IMG/VR virus record: IMGVR_UViG_3300030202_002990
Location: 18,354-82,353 of that record
Length of the DNA: 64,000 nt
From: a virus
Reading direction: 5' to 3' (one strand)
A program made the translations under genes and the position numbers. The notes under the pieces were generated by a model that was not told the origin of the DNA, did not search any database, and worked only from the letters and a program-made list of their open reading frames with translations. Positions 20,995 through 30,398 of this stretch are shown piece by piece; the first letter of the stretch is position 1; the number at the start of each line of letters is the position of its first letter.

Positions 20995-21330
20995 TTATTT
21001 AAAAACTATCGGTAAAGTGTACTTTACTGTGACAGGTTTACCATTTTGGATTGCTGGATGATAAGAACTACTTCGTACTTTATCTAACACTACTTCATTA
21101 AGGTCAAGATTAAAAGTATCTCTGATAACAGGATTCTCTACTTCTCCCTTTTCATTTATAAAAAAATCCACAACTATTTTACCTTTTGGATTTTTTAAAA
21201 GTATATCTTCTCTAATGTCGTAGTATGTAAGTACGAATGGTACTTTGGGTTGGGGTAATTGACTCTCACCATTTGGTAAGTCTTGGGCTGTCAATAAGCC
21301 CATTAGCATTAGGTATGCTAGTGCTCTCAT
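20995..21330 (-). CDS. TonB C-terminal domain protein
   Basis: GKIVVDFFINEKGEVENPVI...YHPAIQNGKPVTVKYTLPIVF, with N-terminal signal sequence. Confidence 0.85.
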   Translation of the reverse strand: MRALAYLMLMGLLTAQDLPNGESQLPQPKVPFVLTYYDIREDILLKNPKGKIVVDFFINEKGEVENPVIRDTFNLDLNEVVLDKVRSSSYHPAIQNGKPVTVKYTLPIVFK

Positions 21331-21470
21331 CGGTTTTCTCCTTTATTTAGTGATAAGACTATGTTTCCGGTTTCTTGAAAAGTATTTCTACTTTTCAAAA
21401 CATAATTATCTTATATATTTAGAAAAAACACTTTTATTTACTTATTTTGTGATAGTTTTTTGTTAGATTG

Positions 21471-22100
21471 TTAAACTTTTTTCATTTTATATTCTAACTG
21501 AGATAATAAATTATTTATCTTTTCTAATTTGGGATGATTGGGGTTTTTTTCTAAAAGTTTATCTTTTGTATTCATCAACTTACCATAGGCCTTCTGTAAA
21601 TCTATTAGAGCAATTCCTTTCATACTTCGTCTGTAATATAGATGGTCAAGTGCTTCATCTTCTGCTTCAGCACCACGAACACCAGCAACTGCTGTTATCT
21701 GTTCTACTTCTCCGTATATGGTATCTTCTACATCTTGTATTTCTTGCCATACAGTATTATCCCACATGGCATCTAAATCTAAATTATCCATCTCTGCCAA
21801 TGCTTCTTGTGTATCTATACTATCTTGTTTGGCCCGTTCTATTTTTCTGAGTCTATCCCTTTCAGCAAATTCTTTATCTAAATTTACAGAACGGATTGAA
21901 TCACATTCAGATATCCACCCACCATAACCTTTCCAAGCAGGTGAACCTTTATAATCTCTATATTCCGTATCATCACAATCTTGTCCAAATGCAACATCTC
22001 GTTTAAACTCAGATGTTCTTGTGATACCTTGGTCTGTAAAGACTTGTTCGTCTACTTGTGAATACATAACACTTACTAACAATAATGGTAAGTATTTCAT
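21471..22100 (-). CDS. Secreted hypothetical protein
   Basis: Signal peptide and 'TAVAGVRGAE' motif. Confidence 0.55.
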   Translation of the reverse strand: MKYLPLLLVSVMYSQVDEQVFTDQGITRTSEFKRDVAFGQDCDDTEYRDYKGSPAWKGYGGWISECDSIRSVNLDKEFAERDRLRKIERAKQDSIDTQEALAEMDNLDLDAMWDNTVWQEIQDVEDTIYGEVEQITAVAGVRGAEAEDEALDHLYYRRSMKGIALIDLQKAYGKLMNTKDKLLEKNPNHPKLEKINNLLSQLEYKMKKV

Positions 22101-22215
22101 TTTTCTCTCTGTTGTTCAATTCTTTTTTTCTTCTTGTATTTCTTTATTGTTTGTTTCTCGTCTAATTCCCAAATAAGACAAGCTCCTAAACAAATAATGA
22201 TTAGAGGTGCCCAAC

Positions 22216-22641
22216 TCATAATATTTCTATTTCGGTTCCTATACCTCTCTTATCATATTGTGTTCCAACTACTATCGTATAAAAACCTGGTTCTATGTTA
22301 GATGACCATTCCGTTCTATATAATTTCCATGTATATGTTTCGATTCTTTTTCTTCCATCTCTATGTGGACTTAGAGAGATAGGTGTTTGATGTACACTCT
22401 TTCCATTTCCATCAAACATAAATAACTTGGTTTTTTTTCTTTTTACTTCGTATCTGACCTTTACACAAGGTCCTCCTTTTCTATCATAGTCCAACCAAGC
22501 AACAATTGGATGTTCATCGAAATCTACTAATGATGGGGTTACTACTGTAGGTTTAGAATCTTTTTCGGGTGAGAATATCACATATGCTAAACATATAAAG
22601 ATTCCACCATACAAAAGTAATTCTTTTATTTGATTACTCAT
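22216..22641 (-). CDS. Membrane-anchored Ig/FlgD-like hypothetical protein
   Basis: N-terminal TM and 'YTW.....IEPGFYTIVV' FlgD-Ig-like ending. Confidence 0.45.
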   Translation of the reverse strand: MSNQIKELLLYGGIFICLAYVIFSPEKDSKPTVVTPSLVDFDEHPIVAWLDYDRKGGPCVKVRYEVKRKKTKLFMFDGNGKSVHQTPISLSPHRDGRKRIETYTWKLYRTEWSSNIEPGFYTIVVGTQYDKRGIGTEIEIL

Positions 22642-22642
22642 A

Positions 22643-23089
22643 TTATTGTGCTATATATCTAATTGGTTCCTCAGATAATTCAAATGATGTAGAATCATAT
22701 GTATAATAATAAATTTCATCGTCACGCCTGTGATGAAAGATAGCAGGTTCTTCAGCATCAATCAAACTAAACTGCCATTCGTTATCCTCATCAGGTACAC
22801 CCAATGTTAAATTTATCTTGATATTACGAGTTCTACCCATGACTGTGAGTGGATTATAAGGCCATGATTCATTTCCAGTTTCGATTAGCTTATCACTTGC
22901 GTAAGTTTCACACCCTGCCCATATTGTATCTACAGTCGTCTTTTCAGCTGATACTGCTGCTGAGTTTAAAACAGATGTCATCTTAGGGACAGCCACTGCT
23001 GATAATATTCCTAAGATGACCATAACCATTACTAATTCTACTAAAGAAAAACCTTCATTCATTTTCTCTTTCAGTATTTTTTTTATCAT
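22643..23089 (-). CDS. Type IV pilin / pseudopilin
   Basis: Class III signal G|FSLVELVMVMVILGILSAVAVP. Confidence 0.92.
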   Translation of the reverse strand: MIKKILKEKMNEGFSLVELVMVMVILGILSAVAVPKMTSVLNSAAVSAEKTTVDTIWAGCETYASDKLIETGNESWPYNPLTVMGRTRNIKINLTLGVPDEDNEWQFSLIDAEEPAIFHHRRDDEIYYYTYDSTSFELSEEPIRYIAQ

Positions 23090-23091
23090 TT

Positions 23092-23562
23092 TTATTGTCC
23101 TTCCAAATCTCGTCTATATACAACTTGATTTGGTTGATATGGTGGATTGGAATATCCAATCTCACCCGTTGATGAATTATAAGTCCAAACTGCTAAACTA
23201 TCTTCTTTCCTACGATGAACTATTGAATTTTTAAAATCATTACTTGCTTCACCAGTAAAAATCCAATCACTATCGTTCATCTCTACCATCAAAGTGGTAT
23301 TTGATTTGTCGTAGGATTGTGGTACTTTATTAAGTGCGTCAAATGGATTGTTTGGCCACTCTTGGACACCATTATCGATAAACTCTTCTTGACTATAAGT
23401 ATCTAAAGCAGCGACCAAATTAATCAAAACTCCTTGTTCGGAAGCTGCTTCGGATTGTCGGACAATATTTGTAAATCTCGGTATCGAAACTGCGGCTAAA
23501 ATTCCAATGATTACCATTACCATAATCAGTTCGACTAAGGTAAAACCATTCTTTCTATTCAC
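23092..23562 (-). CDS. Type IV pilin / pseudopilin
   Basis: G|FTLVELIMVMVIIGILAAVSIPRF. Confidence 0.92.
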   Translation of the reverse strand: MNRKNGFTLVELIMVMVIIGILAAVSIPRFTNIVRQSEAASEQGVLINLVAALDTYSQEEFIDNGVQEWPNNPFDALNKVPQSYDKSNTTLMVEMNDSDWIFTGEASNDFKNSIVHRRKEDSLAVWTYNSSTGEIGYSNPPYQPNQVVYRRDLEGQ

Positions 23563-24004
23563 TTGACAGACTTTCTCGGTTTCCTAAGAATCCAGTAGTG
23601 TCTGCATCTGTTCCTGTGTTTACTCCTGCGTCATACTCCCACTTAAACCTTGAGTTGTCTGAGCGTTGATGAGTAATGTAAGCTGGGTCACCATCTACAA
23701 ATGTCCACTCGTTATCTGTGTCGGCGTTTGTACCATCATCAGTATAAGTTTGTGGTTTGTCTTTAAGTGCGTCAAAGGGATTATCTGGCCATATAGCTCT
23801 TCCACTATCTATGAGTTTATGAACTCCATAGTTTTCGAGTGCTACACCAATATTACTGACGACAGCATCTTCAGAAGCTTCTTCAGCTTTTGTAATGGTC
23901 TCCAAGTATCTTGGGATAGCGACAGCTGATAATATACCTAATATTATCATTACCATGATTAATTCAATCAAGGTAAATCCGTCTTGGTTATTTAGTTTCT
24001 TCAT
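23555..24004 (-). CDS. Type IV pilin / pseudopilin
   Basis: G|FTLIELIMVMIILGILSAVAIPRY. Confidence 0.92.
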   Translation of the reverse strand: MKKLNNQDGFTLIELIMVMIILGILSAVAIPRYLETITKAEEASEDAVVSNIGVALENYGVHKLIDSGRAIWPDNPFDALKDKPQTYTDDGTNADTDNEWTFVDGDPAYITHQRSDNSRFKWEYDAGVNTGTDADTTGFLGNRESLSSE

Positions 24005-24035
24005 TTTCTTGTCCTTTCAGGTTTGTTATTAAGAA

Positions 24036-24704
24036 TTAAGGTACTAAAGTTTTATGTAGTTTAGATGGGTTCTCAGTATCTATCACGACAAGAACAGGTG
24101 CCTGTGCTGATGTACCACTACCACTTCCTGGTATAATTAGGTAAGCGTATGAACCATCCTGAAATGGTGAGGTTAAACCATTGTTACCAAAATCTTGTTT
24201 GAAGTCAAGAGCACCAATTTCAGAGTTACCATCGTAACCAACTGATGTTTCAAGACTCATCCAATCGTTTTGTAAAGCGTCATCATCATCGGAAGATGGT
24301 GAGAACACATATACGAATTCACTAAGGTCATCTGTATAAGATTCTTTTTGGTCAAGGATAGTTTCTACATATGCTTCAAGTGTTTCGTCTGTAGATGCAT
24401 CTTCGGATAAATCAACACCACCAACGGCGACATCATACTTTTCTTGTCCTGGAAATCTTCCTTTTCCTTCTTCAGATAATGTTTGGTTATAAAAGTTGTT
24501 TGCTACAGTTAAGATTTTATCAATGTTTGCCATTGTCTTTTTCTCTTTAGCACCTGCACCAACTGCACCAAATTTTGGAGCGGCTGTTGTAGCTAATGTA
24601 GCCATCATTGCAGTAGTAACAGCGAATTCAGCTAGTGAATTACCATTAGTACTCTTGAGTTTTCTCATAAAAGATTTTACGAGTTTCTTTATTGTTTCGA
24701 ACAT
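24036..24704 (-). CDS. Atypical type IV pilin (probable major pilin)
   Basis: Basic leader, G|NSLAEFAVTTAMMATLATTAAPKF with E5 and P22 retained. Strong SD AGGAG. First gene of the cluster. Confidence 0.75.
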   Translation of the reverse strand: MFETIKKLVKSFMRKLKSTNGNSLAEFAVTTAMMATLATTAAPKFGAVGAGAKEKKTMANIDKILTVANNFYNQTLSEEGKGRFPGQEKYDVAVGGVDLSEDASTDETLEAYVETILDQKESYTDDLSEFVYVFSPSSDDDDALQNDWMSLETSVGYDGNSEIGALDFKQDFGNNGLTSPFQDGSYAYLIIPGSGSGTSAQAPVLVVIDTENPSKLHKTLVP

Positions 24705-24766
24705 TTCAGTTCTCCTTCTTTTGTATTTTTCTAATAGATTCGAATAACCTATTCCTACCTATATGG

Positions 24767-24783
24767 TACAATAACTGTACCAA
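24767..24783 (-). promoter_or_regulatory. Sigma54 (-24/-12)-like promoter of the pilin operon
   Basis: Minus strand TTGGTACAGTTATTGTA versus consensus YTGGCACGRNNNTTGCW, exact spacing, GT instead of GC at -12. Confidence 0.55.
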
Positions 24784-24845
24784 AGTACCCCAATTTTTAA
24801 AGTTTTTTTTATGTTACAATATTGTTGTACTTAGAAGTAGGCAAT

Positions 24846-24873
24846 AAAAAACCACTTGAATAAGTGGTCTTTT
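24846..24873 (-). terminator. Intrinsic terminator after the sigma factor gene
   Basis: Minus strand ACCACTT-ATTC-AAGTGGT-TTTTT. Confidence 0.7.
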
Positions 24874-24889
24874 ACATTGTGTATTGTTT

Positions 24890-24906
24890 TGTTACTCTAT
24901 GTAACA
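24890..24906. promoter_or_regulatory. Palindromic putative upstream activator site
   Basis: TGTTAC-TCTAT-GTAACA, with further TGT...ACA half-sites nearby, about 110-145 bp upstream of the -24 box. Confidence 0.4.
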
Positions 24907-24924
24907 GTTTGTAATATCATTTTG

Positions 24925-25644
24925 TTACAAAAACGAACCTGTACTTTGGGTATCAATCATACCATTATTTAGATATTCAGTAGAAAGATTCTGATGATAT
25001 TTTTTCATCGTGTTGACAATTCGAGTAATGTGTTGTGTTTTGGAACCACTCATCTCACGAATCATAATGTACAATGCCTTCTTGTTGAAGTTTTCAATAT
25101 GTTCAGACCTTCTGAATATTTCCAATACAGAATCAGCAACCAATATATCTTTCTTTCTTGTAAAAACATTAGTGATATTGTTTTCCCAATACTCAATAAA
25201 TTGATTTACATACTCTTTGACACTTTCATTTTCTTCAGCCGTATTCATCTCTTCTTTATTTTTCTTATTCCAATCTAACACATCCAAACCATCATGTGAT
25301 TTATAATGAGCATAATTTTTATTATTGTGTAGAATTAGATAATTCTTAGCAACAATACTAAAGTATGAGAAAGCCTTTCCCTTACCTTCTTTGAATTTAT
25401 GCATATTTAATACCAAAAATGATATTACTTCTTGTTTAACTTGTTCACTTGAAACATCAAAGTAATAAAACTTAAATGTATGAATTATATTTTCACATAA
25501 TTTATCAAACGCCCTTCTTATATGGTCGTTGTAAATTCTTTCTTTCATGTAAGCCCGTTCTTCTTTATTGTAACGGATTATTGCATCTTCAGTTCCTTGT
25601 GTGAAATAATATCTTGGTGAACTTTTTTTAGCTTTTCTTGGCAT
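24925..25644 (-). CDS. Phage sigma-factor-like protein (gp55/sigma70 region 2-like)
   Basis: 'QEVISFLVLNMHKFKEGKGKAFSYFSIVAKNYLI' resembles sigma region 2. Confidence 0.65.
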   Translation of the reverse strand: MPRKAKKSSPRYYFTQGTEDAIIRYNKEERAYMKERIYNDHIRRAFDKLCENIIHTFKFYYFDVSSEQVKQEVISFLVLNMHKFKEGKGKAFSYFSIVAKNYLILHNNKNYAHYKSHDGLDVLDWNKKNKEEMNTAEENESVKEYVNQFIEYWENNITNVFTRKKDILVADSVLEIFRRSEHIENFNKKALYIMIREMSGSKTQHITRIVNTMKKYHQNLSTEYLNNGMIDTQSTGSFL

Positions 25645-25903
25645 TTGTGTCCTCTTCTATGTATTGGTTTAATTCTTCAATTGTTTCTTTGATGGATGTA
25701 AATATACTACCGATTTCGTCATCTGATTCAAAATGACCAGTAGAATCTATCGTTTGAATTTCTTCATAAGTACTAGCTACTCTGTCACTAAAGTCCTCGA
25801 CCCAAGTTTCTAATAACTCTACCTTGTTAAGTAAGTTCCAAACAACATAACTCTCGGTAATAAAAATTACAACCATTAATCCTAAAATAATTTCTAATAT
25901 CAT
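25628..25903 (-). CDS. Membrane-anchored hypothetical protein
   Basis: N-terminal TM and coiled coil. Confidence 0.5.
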   Translation of the reverse strand: MILEIILGLMVVIFITESYVVWNLLNKVELLETWVEDFSDRVASTYEEIQTIDSTGHFESDDEIGSIFTSIKETIEELNQYIEEDTNAKKS

Positions 25904-26109
25904 TCTTCCACCACCCCAACAGAAACTTCAACTTCATTAGCTGGTCTCCATTCACTATCTCCATCATCCCAATCAATATCCTCTACCCATTCAGGTTCAT
26001 CAATATCACCAGCTTGGAACTTTCTATATTCTTCAGCTTGTTCTTCTGTTATTTCAACATTAGTCCAAACATCATTTTCTTGTATTGTGTATCTTTGTAA
26101 ATACGGCAT

Positions 26110-26895
26110 TTAACTTTCTCCAAAAAGTTCGTCAAACAAATCTTGATGTTTAGACTTCTTTTCTTCTTTTTTAGGTTTAGGTTTATCAGTACCCACACTT
26201 ATGTTCTTGATTTTATCTAACCGAGCTTCCATCTCTTCTTTCTCATCTTCGTCACCTCGTTTCCATTCATCATATTCAGCTTGTGTAGCCATATGGTCAG
26301 CCCAATGTATGATGTATGGCATATGATTTTTTAAGGAACGACTTGCATCAAACACTTTCATATAGTAGGTGTTTGCTTCGTCATATAACCCATCAGATAC
26401 CTTGATAGCAAGAGTTTCTTTCATATTAACCTTAATACCAAAGTGTTGTAATATAAACAACGCTCTATCCGTTACCCTCATATTATCTATATCTGTGTTG
26501 TGTGTAAAAACCTCACCGAGAGTCTTTCTTCTCCAATCATTATCTTGAGGAATATAATACTCTGAGTTTAAATCTCCAACCTTACCCAAGTCATGGTGCA
26601 TAGCAGAAAAGATTAATTCTTCATCTGTCCAATCTTTATAACCACCAACCTTTTCATATGTCTTGGATACTTCTAATGCTGTTTCAACCACATGAAGAAC
26701 ATGATTAACATAACCACCAGCGTAACAATAATGGTATTCTTCTTTACCACTTGCTGGAGCTACAACCATTCTATCTTCAAAGTATTTGTACATCTCCAAG
26801 AGTTTTTCCTTTCGGTCACCCTCAAATGTATCTTCTACGAGTTGTAACAGCTTTTCCCAATTACCAAGTAATTGTTCTTCTGTTAATTGTTTCAT
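26110..26895 (-). CDS. HD-domain phosphohydrolase
   Basis: APAS...H..YAGGYVNHVLHV, HHDLGKVG, HWAD motifs. Confidence 0.85.
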   Translation of the reverse strand: MKQLTEEQLLGNWEKLLQLVEDTFEGDRKEKLLEMYKYFEDRMVVAPASGKEEYHYCYAGGYVNHVLHVVETALEVSKTYEKVGGYKDWTDEELIFSAMHHDLGKVGDLNSEYYIPQDNDWRRKTLGEVFTHNTDIDNMRVTDRALFILQHFGIKVNMKETLAIKVSDGLYDEANTYYMKVFDASRSLKNHMPYIIHWADHMATQAEYDEWKRGDEDEKEEMEARLDKIKNISVGTDKPKPKKEEKKSKHQDLFDELFGES

Positions 26896-27128
26896 TTATA
26901 ACCTTTTTAATTTCTTCTTATCTATAGTCATCTTGTGTTGATAACAACCTTCCGTTTGAACTACGGTATATTTTTTACCACCATCAATAACTTCTGTACA
27001 TTGATATGCCGGTTCGAACTTTCCAATCTGAACATTAGTAGGATACACCCAATCACCAACTTCAATTGGTTTATCTGAATATCTGTATGCCTTTTTTCTG
27101 CCTCTTTTAGCCATTTTTGACTCCTTAT

Positions 27129-27677
27129 TTATGATTTATTATTTTGTATTAATTGTAAATTGTCTGTCCAATTCATCTTGTAGATATGGACATTTTCATA
27201 TTTGTATGGTATTACATTTTCTGATTCTAAAATATCCACAACATTGACCCACTTTGGATTCATAGTATCTCTTACTTGATATACTCCATCTTTATCTTTT
27301 GTTCCCTTGATGTATATAAAATCTCCATAGTCAAATCCACCACCCCATCTCTTCAATAGATTTCGTGATAGAGCTACAAACTTGTATTCACTTGCTTTAT
27401 GAATACGAATCCTTGTTCCATCTGCTGTAACATCAGGTGTATCATCACATTGAATAGTATTTGGTTGATACATAGTTACATCTACCTCTACTCCAAACCT
27501 ATAAAACTCGTGAAGTTCTTTGTGTAGTTTTTGATTCATTACCATTAACGAATCACTTGATTGTTTATACATACTTGAATGTTTGGTCATCATACTTGTT
27601 GAGATGTACCCATTCATAAAAGTTACAAACACCATCCCCGCAATAGCTGTAGTTGTACTTATAGTTTTGTTTAACAT
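27129..27677 (-). CDS. 3D-domain (MltA-like/DPBB) cell-wall protein
   Basis: VTMYQP...TADGT...FVALSRNL...GD.IYI...YQVRDTM...VDI, N-terminal TM. Confidence 0.75.
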   Translation of the reverse strand: MLNKTISTTTAIAGMVFVTFMNGYISTSMMTKHSSMYKQSSDSLMVMNQKLHKELHEFYRFGVEVDVTMYQPNTIQCDDTPDVTADGTRIRIHKASEYKFVALSRNLLKRWGGGFDYGDFIYIKGTKDKDGVYQVRDTMNPKWVNVVDILESENVIPYKYENVHIYKMNWTDNLQLIQNNKS

Positions 27678-27733
27678 ATTATTATACCTCGTTTTGATAT
27701 TAGAAATTACAAAATAAATTCATAAAAGTCAAG

Positions 27734-29185
27734 CTATTTTTTATAAAAAATAAAAATAGGCTCATACTTTAAATAAGTTCCATTAACCTTTACCGAGTTT
27801 TTGACATTAGATTGGTCAACTCCGACCATTGAAGTCATCAACATTTTGAGTTTACCTTGATATTCCCCACCGAGGTTTTCGATTATATCGATACTATCTT
27901 GTTCAAGATGGTGGTATTTATCTTTACCGATTTTGATATCGGCGATGTTCCACAATAAATATCTATCATTCCTTAAACTTTGATATGCATTAGTTAATGT
28001 AGGTTTAAGGAAGTTGTCTCTCCAATCATCATACTTAGGATATGCCTTAAATGATTGTTCTTCATCTTCACTATATTGTTCTCTATCAAAGTAAGGTGGT
28101 GATGTAAACACCATATCTAACTTACCTTTGTATTGTTGAAAATCAGGATGGTTTCCAATGTGTTCACTACCTTCTTGAAAATAGTGAAATGTATTTTTTT
28201 CTTCTTCCCAAAAATTATTACTTTCTAAAACCTCATTGTTAAAGAAATTAGCAACATATTCATACCTTGATATACCTACCTCATCGATAAAATTATCTGT
28301 GTTTGGGTCTGTTCCAATATAATGTATTCTTTTTAATGAAGACATAGCACCTAATATTCTACCACCCCAACCACTTGATGGGTCGTAGATATTTAATTGT
28401 TTGGGTTCGAGTTCATTGATATTAATATGGTCTGTAAATCTTTCATACAAATATCTGGCTGTCAATGGTGGAAAGTTTACAGCAGGTTGTCCTAATCCTA
28501 ATCTAAAAGCTTGTATACCAGCTGGGAATAACTTCAACTTAATTTGTTTGGGGTTTCTTAAAACATTCCTAACCAAGAATTTATATGTATCACCATCTAA
28601 TTCTTTTGGTAGATTGGTTTTATGTTTATCATCTAACTTCTCTACTTCCTCAACTGATAAAGTCTTATACATACTTTCTACAGCGTTATGTTTGTGTTGT
28701 ACGATAAAGAAGTTTTCAGGTATCTCTTCACCATCTAAGACACACTTTGACCAATTATACATTGAATCTCTTTTTAATATTCTCAGTATAACTTTTTCAA
28801 ACTTATGTTTATACTCATCAGTAAACCAATCATAGATACTACCATTCTGAACACGAGTCTTTAACATCGTGGGAAAGAATTGATTAACACTACTAGCATG
28901 TTTATTATAATTCTTAATTACATTTTTATTACCATCATCATCGTGGATTAAAAATTTATTGTGAACATCATACTCTCTAAGTTTTTTAAAGTTCTTTTTT
29001 ATAACTTTGGTATTGGAACCGATAGTTGGTGGAATACCCTTATCATCCCATTCAGATATAATAAAACTTCTAAGTTTTTCAATCCATTCAGAAGTTTCTT
29101 TTTCGTTCATATATAGTAATTCCTCAAAGTTGATGTTTACATCACTTTCAAGCAAATTACTTCTTTCATAATAGTATTTTTTCAT
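27734..29185 (-). CDS. DNA amino-methyltransferase
   Basis: SAM motif YDPSSGWGGR and catalytic FTSPPY. Confidence 0.85.
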   Translation of the reverse strand: MKKYYYERSNLLESDVNINFEELLYMNEKETSEWIEKLRSFIISEWDDKGIPPTIGSNTKVIKKNFKKLREYDVHNKFLIHDDDGNKNVIKNYNKHASSVNQFFPTMLKTRVQNGSIYDWFTDEYKHKFEKVILRILKRDSMYNWSKCVLDGEEIPENFFIVQHKHNAVESMYKTLSVEEVEKLDDKHKTNLPKELDGDTYKFLVRNVLRNPKQIKLKLFPAGIQAFRLGLGQPAVNFPPLTARYLYERFTDHININELEPKQLNIYDPSSGWGGRILGAMSSLKRIHYIGTDPNTDNFIDEVGISRYEYVANFFNNEVLESNNFWEEEKNTFHYFQEGSEHIGNHPDFQQYKGKLDMVFTSPPYFDREQYSEDEEQSFKAYPKYDDWRDNFLKPTLTNAYQSLRNDRYLLWNIADIKIGKDKYHHLEQDSIDIIENLGGEYQGKLKMLMTSMVGVDQSNVKNSVKVNGTYLKYEPIFIFYKK

Positions 29186-29239
29186 ATATAGAATTTACAA
29201 CTTTTTATAACCATTTACAAGTGTTTTCTTGCTGTTTTG

Positions 29240-29652
29240 TGGAGGTGTGGGGATTCGAACCCCAGTCCTGTTTATTATTAATATTAAGTCATTCACAGTT
29301 TAGTTAGGTTACTACCCTCTGAGAAGTTACCTACAAACCACCAACTATTTTCTTGGATAGCTCCGTATGTTCTTTTATACTCATAACATGAGGAGTTGAT
29401 GTCTAACTTATTTTATGACCGAGTGTTAGACAACTCAGTAACTTATGCGTAAGCGTAAGTTGGTTGGTCATTCTGAACAGGAGTGACAAAGTTGTCAAAT
29501 CCCATTTCAGCATTGGCTAAATGCCAATCAATGTCCAACCCTTCAAGCGATTTATCGCCATTTGAGTTTCGTTGGGTTTTATTTAAGAGTTTACCCAAAC
29601 TCTACTGCACTTAAATATCAACCAATACCAGTCGATTTCCAAGTTCACCCCC
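29240..29652 (-). ncRNA. ssrA: tmRNA
   Basis: 5' GGGGGTGAACTTGGAAATCGAC. 3' GACTGGGGTTCGAATCCCCACACCTCCA. Acceptor stem with G3.U70 and discriminator A, CCA not encoded. Internal tag frame ends YAYA-stop (29443..29559). Confidence 0.93.
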
Positions 29653-29835
29653 ATATTAAATATCATTGTTCTTCATCAAAATATTCCGAGAAATCGTCTC
29701 CCTCTCCCTCGTATCGTAGGGTTTCGATAAGTTCACGAACTAAATCCCAATCTTTACTTTCAAGGGCCTGTCTTAAAGCCTCGATTATTTTTTCTACTGA
29801 CATATGTGTATCTCCTAATACTTAATGTATAAGTA

Positions 29836-30150
29836 TTATGCCATATAGTTTTTCTTTATAGAATCAAGCACTTGATTCCAATCTATTGGCTCATCGTTAT
29901 TCTGTTGTGATTTAATATTTTCCATCGTTTGCTTAAAGTCAAACTTTGTATTTCTTATATAAAATATCATTAACCACAACCCAAAGGATTGAATTAATGT
30001 AATGTTTGGTAATCCAAATATAGTTGGTATCAACCAATTCCACATTAAATAAAATGGAATACTTGCCACTAATACTATACAAAATAATGTAAGTAATATA
30101 AAAACTAAAGCAAGCACATAAGATAATATACTTTTTAAAATGTTACCCAA
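29836..30150 (-). CDS. Membrane protein
   Basis: 'LMWNWLIPTIFGLPNITLIQSFGL' motif common in small phage membrane proteins. Confidence 0.55.
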   Translation of the reverse strand: MGNILKSILSYVLALVFILLTLFCIVLVASIPFYLMWNWLIPTIFGLPNITLIQSFGLWLMIFYIRNTKFDFKQTMENIKSQQNNDEPIDWNQVLDSIKKNYMA

Positions 30151-30388
30151 CTAAAACCTCTTTCTTTGGTTTATCTCTGACATAACCATCGTCTTCAAAA
30201 TGTTTTTCTAAAACTAATAGGTTCTCTTCTGCTTCTGATAATTTAGAAGTCCACTCGTTTATCTCATTTAATATCTTTGAGTGTTCCCCTATACCTACTG
30301 ATTTTTGAAAATACAACTCTAATGTTGCTATTGCTTCATCTTTTTGTGCTGTCCAATAAGAAACAGCTGCTTTATAAAAATGACTCAT
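30143..30388 (-). CDS. Conserved phage hypothetical protein
   Basis: 'SVGIGEHS' motif seen in marine phage small proteins. Confidence 0.55.
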   Translation of the reverse strand: MSHFYKAAVSYWTAQKDEAIATLELYFQKSVGIGEHSKILNEINEWTSKLSEAEENLLVLEKHFEDDGYVRDKPKKEVLVG

Positions 30389-30398
30389 CTTTTACTCC

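Noticed and set aside
19919-21358. 13-bp direct repeat TTTAGTGATAAGA at 19919 and 21346
   Set aside because: Only two AT-rich copies, in opposite orientation relative to their genes, and no recombinase nearby. Could be chance.
22643-24704. Window being a bacterial chromosome or prophage with host pilus locus
   Set aside because: No pilB/C/D/Q or housekeeping operons and no integrase. The flanks are phage structural and early genes of similar AT-rich composition.
29240-29270. Isolated tRNA T-arm as a tRNA fragment or attachment site
   Set aside because: It pairs with a matching 5' end 413 nt away and encloses a tag frame, so it is the 3' end of the tmRNA.
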